From Eledone cirrhosa (lineage: Eukaryota): DNA of 64,000 nucleotides. The stretch covers positions 391,158,001 to 391,222,000 of the forward strand of contig OZ024740.1 of assembly GCA_964016885.1 (NCBI GenBank). Direction: 5' to 3'. The number at the start of each line of letters is the position of its first letter. The first letter of the stretch is position 1. The translations under genes were made by a program, and so were the position numbers. The notes below the pieces were generated by a model. It had not been told where the DNA came from. It searched no databases and saw only the letters and a program-made list of their open reading frames with translations. Shown here piece after piece: positions 57,613 to 64,000 of the stretch.

Positions 57613-57709
57613 TGGTCATTATATATATATGTGTGTGTGTAGAAATCCGTAGATAAAAAATTAAGGAAAACAGTGCTCAGTCTGTTGTAAGAGAGCTTAT
57701 ATAGTATAA

Positions 57710-57887
57710 ACAAAGTTCCATACACTTAACATGTATGTGCAACCATTGGTTTCGTGGTCCAGATATATCTGTCCACGTGCCCGAAGAAGGGCCAGTTTAA
57801 AAGTGCCTCCTCCAATATAGAGTGAAGGCCATAACTAGACCCCCAAACCAATGGTCATACATACATGTTAAATGTATGAAACTTTGT
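57710..57887 (+). mobile_element. Penelope-like pLTR relic with a degenerate hammerhead and a partial inverted duplication
   Basis: Arms about 57710-57762 and 57836-57887; cCGAAGA...(G)AAACCAATGGTC hammerhead-like core. Confidence 0.5.
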
Positions 57888-59479
57888 GTACACATATATA
57901 TATATATATAACGAAGGAAGTGTGGTAAGGAACCAGATGAACCATAACGCACAAGAGTAATCAATACCTAGGGTAGTAGAGTGGGTAATAGCCGTCGAAA
58001 CAGCTTGAGCTCTGCCGTCGGGGTTAAACATTTTCCTATATATATATATATATATAATCTGATGAGGATGTACTTAAAAAATTTATATAATAAAACATAT
58101 TTTGATTATGTGAATGTCTTCATTTATTAATATTCTGAATAATATATATACATATATATATATATAAACAAACAACATGATATGAAATCATGTGGATAGA
58201 AGGAAGCTCATGAGGTTCCGAGCTATAGTTTGTTCCTTTATGTTTTCAACTTTAATTTCTCCACTGTTATCACATTCTTAATCCTCCATGTCAACATTTA
58301 TACTCTATCACTCCAATTTCCTCTTTTCTTATCTCTCTCTCTTCATCTTCTCTGAACACTCTTCCATTCATAAGAGGTTTGCTATGATCATTGTAGCAGC
58401 TGGCTGTTTTACAACTGACATCACAAGATATATATATATACATTAAATACGCACTATATATACACTATGATGTTGTCCTAGGAAAAGGTATGCTGATATA
58501 TCTTGGCACCAGTGATGTCGCTACTCATTTTGACAGATGAGTGAACTGGAGAAATGTGAAATACAGTGTCTTGCTCAAAGACTCAACATATTGCCAGGTC
58601 CAGGAACTGAACTCACAACCTCACAATTATGAATCCCACTGAGTGAAGAAGTGCTAAGAAATCCCAGGTGAGAGTTGATCTCACAACTCACAGAGGAGAT
58701 GATAAAGAATTGTTGCAAATTGAGGAAGCTGTGGTGGAAATGACCTGCCCAACTCATGCAGAATGGAAAAGCTGATGTAAAATGATGATGATGGGGGTGA
58801 TGATGATGATGATGATGGGGGGGGGGGGTGATGTGGGTAACGATGATGATGATGGAGGTGATGATATAGATATAAATGTGGTGAGATGTAGAGAGACCTT
58901 ATGGCATATAAATAGATATATATTTGTGTGTGTGTGTGTATACACGTGTGTAATAGTGTGTATATGAGAGTGTGTATTTGTGTATGTGTAGGTGTGTGTA
59001 AGTGTATGTATGTGTGTGTGTGTGTGAGAGAGTATGTAAGTATGTCTGTGAGTGTGTGTGTGTGTAAGAGTGAGTGAAAGTGTGTGTGTATAATATATAT
59101 GAATGTATAAATCCCCATCTATCTCTTAATGTATGTGAAATGTGTTACTTGTAATGTTAATTAAAGATATGAGTGTTACACACATTTCCTTATAAGTGCA
59201 TTATCGCAATAAAAGCTAGGAAGCAGATAATGTGTTGAATAAGTTGTGTGTGCGTGTATGCATGTGTATGCTTATTTCTGTACATGCTGCTATACGTTTG
59301 GTGGGGGCTGGTGGTTGATTGTGTATAGATGTGATGTGATGTGTGTAGATAGTAGTAGTAGTGTAGTGAGTAGTAGTATATAGTATAGTAGATAGATATA
59401 GATAGAGTAGATATATAGAGTATGTATTGTGTGTGTGTGTGTGAAGTGTAGTGTGTGAGTATAGTGTAGTGTATATATG

Positions 59480-59512
<33 letters not shown>

Positions 59513-59513
59513 G

Positions 59514-59586
<73 letters not shown>

Positions 59587-59738
59587 ATATACTGCCATAC
59601 ATTGATATATATATATAAACCTGTCATGAGATGTTTGCAACCTGTAAATATATGTCATACAACAACTACATTATTATGTTAGTGTACATATATATAGACA
59701 TATAATACATTATAAATGTATATATAGATATATATATA

Positions 59739-59938
59739 NNNNNNNNNNNNNNNNNNNNNNNNNNNNNNNNNNNNNNNNNNNNNNNNNNNNNNNNNNNNNN
59801 NNNNNNNNNNNNNNNNNNNNNNNNNNNNNNNNNNNNNNNNNNNNNNNNNNNNNNNNNNNNNNNNNNNNNNNNNNNNNNNNNNNNNNNNNNNNNNNNNNNN
59901 NNNNNNNNNNNNNNNNNNNNNNNNNNNNNNNNNNNNNN
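59739..59938. other. Assembly gap (200 N)
   Basis: Run of N. Confidence 1.
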
Positions 59939-60690
59939 CTTCTGGAGGCAGCAATTGATTACACCTGAAACATTACACTGATCAGTGTTGAGGACATCGA
60001 CATCCATCTCCATGTCAGAAAGTTGGTCCTGCTCTATAAAAATTCCACCTGGATCAAAAGGTCCCCAAGCTCACCTTTTGATGACAGCATCGAAGCAACA
60101 GACTCGGCAGAGGTTATCGACAAGATAGGCCTGTTCATACGTCAGAAATTAATAAAATGGTTCCCTGCTCTCAGAGAAGGCCTATACCGAGATGATGGGA
60201 TTGTAATCCCCACCGGATATAACCCCAGCAGTACAGACCAGGTATGCAAACAAATGATCAGATTCTTCCAGCAACTAGGAATTAAAAGTCACTATACAGA
60301 TGCCCCTTGCTTGTACCAACTTCTTAGATGTAACCCTAAACCTGGAGAACCAACTGTGCTACACCTTCGGGAAATCCAATGATACCCTACATTACATAAA
60401 TTGACAATCCAACCACCTGAAGGCAATCACCTAAAACATCACCCTCTGTATTTCATGCATATCTGCCAATGAGATCTATGAAAATGCAACAGATTACAGC
60501 ATAGTACTAGAGAAAAGTGGATTTAATGAAGGACTAGCTTATTGCCCAAACAGTAACTGTGGACCTAGCAGGTGGTGCCATTGCAGACTCAACATTACCT
60601 GGTTCAATCCTCCTCACAACACTAAGGTCACCACACCAATAGCGAAAATCCTTTTCAAACTTCTCAACAAACATTTCCCAACACATGTGT
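59939..60690 (+). mobile_element. Penelope-like element reverse transcriptase fragment (frameshifted)
   Basis: DSAEVIDKIGLFI...GLYRDDG motif, then FLDVTLNL, SNH, LEKSGF, ITWFNPP and LLNKHFP in shifted frames; typical PLE RT/thumb. Confidence 0.8.
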
Positions 60691-61104
60691 TACACACTCC
60701 ATCAAGTACACATAAACACAGCAATCCTAACCAAAGCAACTACACTCACCTATACACTTGCCCCCAGACATGCACACTCAATTTTATACATGAATTTACT
60801 TACCATTTAAAATAATTTACACATAAGCAACACTGCAAAACATACCAATAACAACAACACCCACTTATATGCAAGAACACACTCATGCACACACAACCTT
60901 ATACACAAACATGCTAATTCATGCAAATACACACATATGTCGGTAAAGCAAAAACACAAACATATTTTAGCACAATGACACTCAACTCCACAGCACTCCA
61001 ACAAATAGAATGAATATAATGACAACCACCCCAAAACAACAACAACAACAATCACAATATTGATAAGCTAGGTAGTGAACATTAAAGCAAGATAATAATA
61101 ATGG

Positions 61105-61300
61105 GTTCTTATTTAGGCACAAGGCCAGCAATTCTTGGGGAGGGGAAAGTAGATTAAATCGTGACTGGTACTTTATTTTATCGACCCCGTAAGGATGAAA
61201 GGCAAAGTTAACCTTGGCGGGATTTGAACTCAGACCGTAAAGAGCCATAACTCTATGCTGCAAACCATGGCATCCAACCCTCTGCCGATACTGTAAATCC
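61105..61300 (-). mobile_element. Deu/Nin-domain SINE
   Basis: Match to family core and head. Confidence 0.75.
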
Positions 61301-62454
61301 AAATAATCAGTGGTTCGGTCGATATGTGTGCAAGTGTGTAAGTACATACAAAATATGTATATATGTCGTAAGTGTGCATATGTGTGAGTTTGCGTCTGTG
61401 TGAGTGTGGTGTCAGTGTGTGGGCATGCACTGATACACAATGTCTGACCTCTCCAATCATTGATACACAATGATAGCAACTAACACATATACACACACAC
61501 ACAAAAATAACTCAAGATGACACAGCAAAAACACATTCTGTTTCTCTTGACGAATCTTCCCCAATCCAACACTACAGTTTTTTTAAACTCATATATACAT
61601 AGACAATGAAACGCACACGCGCACACACACAACACACACAACCAATTCTTGAAAATACAAAAAATATAAAAATACTTGATTCTAGAACCTATAATAATGG
61701 TCTTCAAAGGGTCAATATCCTTTTCTTGACTGCTTATCCACTTTCTCCACATGTCAATCACCTTAGGCCATGCTCCTGAGACAGTTTATTCACAGGAGAG
61801 AGATAAACCTCCAGTTTGGTATTTGCTGTTGAAACAGTAAGAGCTCAGCTGTCGAGCCCTGACTTTCAACCATATATATATTCTCTGGTGTACTTCTATT
61901 CTTACATGCACATTCTCAAATATGGCGATAAAATAACACCAATCTAACTACTGCACAACAACACTCACTTGGACACTCCATTAGAAGAAAACAGCAACCA
62001 CACATTAGGAGATACATACATGCATACATACATATATACATACAAACATGCATACATACATACTACATACATACATACACACACATACATACATACATAC
62101 ATGATAGCTGCAACTCTATTTTGAGTAATGCCATTGCTTGATACTTAAGCATGAGTATCATGGACGTGGCTTTTTAGTCCTGCTAGGGACTTGCCTATGG
62201 CCAGCAATACCATGCTTCACAAAAAATGTTACATATCAAGTGATGTCTGTGCTTGAATCTTTTTTTAAGTGAGGAAAGGCTTTGTACAGGGCCAATCCCA
62301 CTCTCTGACCATCGAATGCATTTACCCCAAAAGTAGAACTGGTCTACATCATTGGATGTAAACGAAATCGCAGGTTTTATATCAAAGTGACCTTCTCCTG
62401 AAGAGATGTCTTAATGAAGACTAGGAGTTGCTCACTCCACATATATACATACAT

Positions 62455-62840
62455 ATATGGCTTAGTGGTTAGAGCATTGGCCTTGCAATCGAAAGGTTGT
62501 GAGTTCAATTCTCAGACCGGGTGATGTGTTGTTTCCTTGAGCAAGACATTTTATTTCACATTACTCCAGTTTACTCAGCTGTAGAAATGAGATGAAAGGA
62601 CTGGGTTCCTATCATTCCACTGCAAAGTGGACGTGGAGGTGCCATGGCAAAACAGCACCCAGCACTCACTGTAAATAAGGTTGGTGTTAGGAAGGGCATC
62701 CAGCTGTAGAAATCAAGCTAGAATCAGTTCCTGTATGAGCAAGACAAGGTCAGCAGACCGGACACTGCCCACAACAGGACAACCCGTCTAACCCATGCTA
62801 GCGTGGAAGAACGGACGTAAAATGGTGATGATGATGATAC
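62455..62840 (+). mobile_element. tRNA-derived SINE with central ccttgagcaagaca core and RTE-derived 3' tail
   Basis: A box TGGCTTAGTGG, B box GAGTTCAATTC; tail same as RTE UTR 17090-17275; (GAT)n end. Confidence 0.85.
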
Positions 62841-63139
62841 ATACATTCATATCTACCTATCTACATACACACATACATGAAGATGGCAGCATCTTCACAG
62901 ATGATTGCCAATTCTTATTGATTCTTCATTGTCATCCCATCTGCGTCCATCACTTCGTAGATGACTTTGTAGACCAGCTGTAGATCTGCATGGTTTACGA
63001 CACAGGTGTCAGAAGAGAGTTGTGCTTTCCACAGGACCGGTGGGGGTCACCCTGTGGGACACACTCTTTATGAACCACCATGTGTTATTTTAGTTCGGAA
63101 CTAGTTCTACACACTTTGTTGCATATCATGTGACTTCTG

Positions 63140-63500
63140 GTGATTAACATAACCAGCCTTTCAGAGGAGTACACGCTGACAGAAATTGCATGTCCAACTA
63201 CTGATGTCTTCATCAAGATTGTGAGTACAGCCCTTCTGGCGCTGATGCTTCACTTGTTTATGTTCCAGATAACATTCCTCAAACGTTTTGCAACATGCAT
63301 ACATACATATACCTTGAATTATACCTTTAGATTTGTACCTGTGATCATTGGGGCTCTTGGATACATTACTAACTACCTCACTACAAATCTTGAAAACCTG
63401 GGCTTCACAACCAGAAAGAGTACAGCTAGTTTGGAAGTTGAAAGTACAATCTATTAATGGAACTATAAAAATATGTAAAACATTTAAGAAATTCTGCATG
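63140..63500 (+). mobile_element. R4/Dong-like (restriction-like endonuclease) non-LTR retrotransposon C-terminal relic
   Basis: TLTEIACP...YTFRFVPVIIGALGYI...NLENLGF resembles the RLE domain tail. Confidence 0.55.
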
Positions 63501-64000
63501 TAATAACTGAATATACACATGTATAGATACAGAAATATATGCACATGTACATATATTATAACTCAAAACATGCAATAACATCCTGCACACACACACACAC
63601 ACACACACACATGCACATAAACATATACAAACACACATACATATCTACCTAGTTGATGTCTAAATTCCAATGAAAGAGTCTTGTATCTATGTTAGAAACC
63701 AGTTTTTTCTCTATTGGTGAAAATTTACAGAAAATACACACACATACATACATGATGGTTGCAAACTCCGCCAAGATCACTGTAATCACCAGCCAGATCA
63801 CAGAAAATGGTGCACCTTTAGGCCACGGCCAGCCACATGAACCTGTAACAGATCTTGAACAAGCAATGCCTGTGCCCTGAAGGTTTTTTTAAGTGGGGAA
63901 ATGCCTTTCACTTGACCAATCCCACTTTCTGAGTATCGAAAACTCTACCTGGAAAGGAGAACTGGTCAACATCATTGGATGCCTCCGAAGCTGCAGGTTT

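Noticed and set aside
62455-62530. tRNA gene
   Set aside because: The A/B boxes run into a SINE core and the cloverleaf is incomplete; it is a SINE head.

Overview
Repeat-rich animal genomic DNA, most likely an octopus/coleoid cephalopod (inferred from the SINE/LINE families and (TA)n-type microsatellites, not from a database search). It holds one host gene: a 4-coding-exon SLC46-family MFS transporter on the minus strand (54660-53589, 25371-25288, 18794-18638, 14123-13952; about 494 aa; GT-AG introns with matching phases). The rest is transposon-derived or simple repeat: PHD-finger-bearing RTE LINEs and partner SINEs, Deu/Nin-domain SINEs, CR1/L2-group LINEs, Penelope-like and R4-like RT relics, a DD37D (maT) transposon, several MITEs, minisatellites, very long TA microsatellites and a 200-N gap. 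Most long ORFs in the supplied track (YI/CI/HI repeats) are microsatellite artefacts. The standout is a gap-free inverted repeat with 143-bp arms at 4654-4946. In it, 29 of 31 arm mismatches are G.U pairs on the minus strand. Reverting them as A-to-G changes rebuilds a canonical Penelope-type minimal hammerhead ribozyme followed directly by AATAAA. This looks like an ADAR-hyperedited hairpin RNA that was reverse-transcribed back into the genome (inference).
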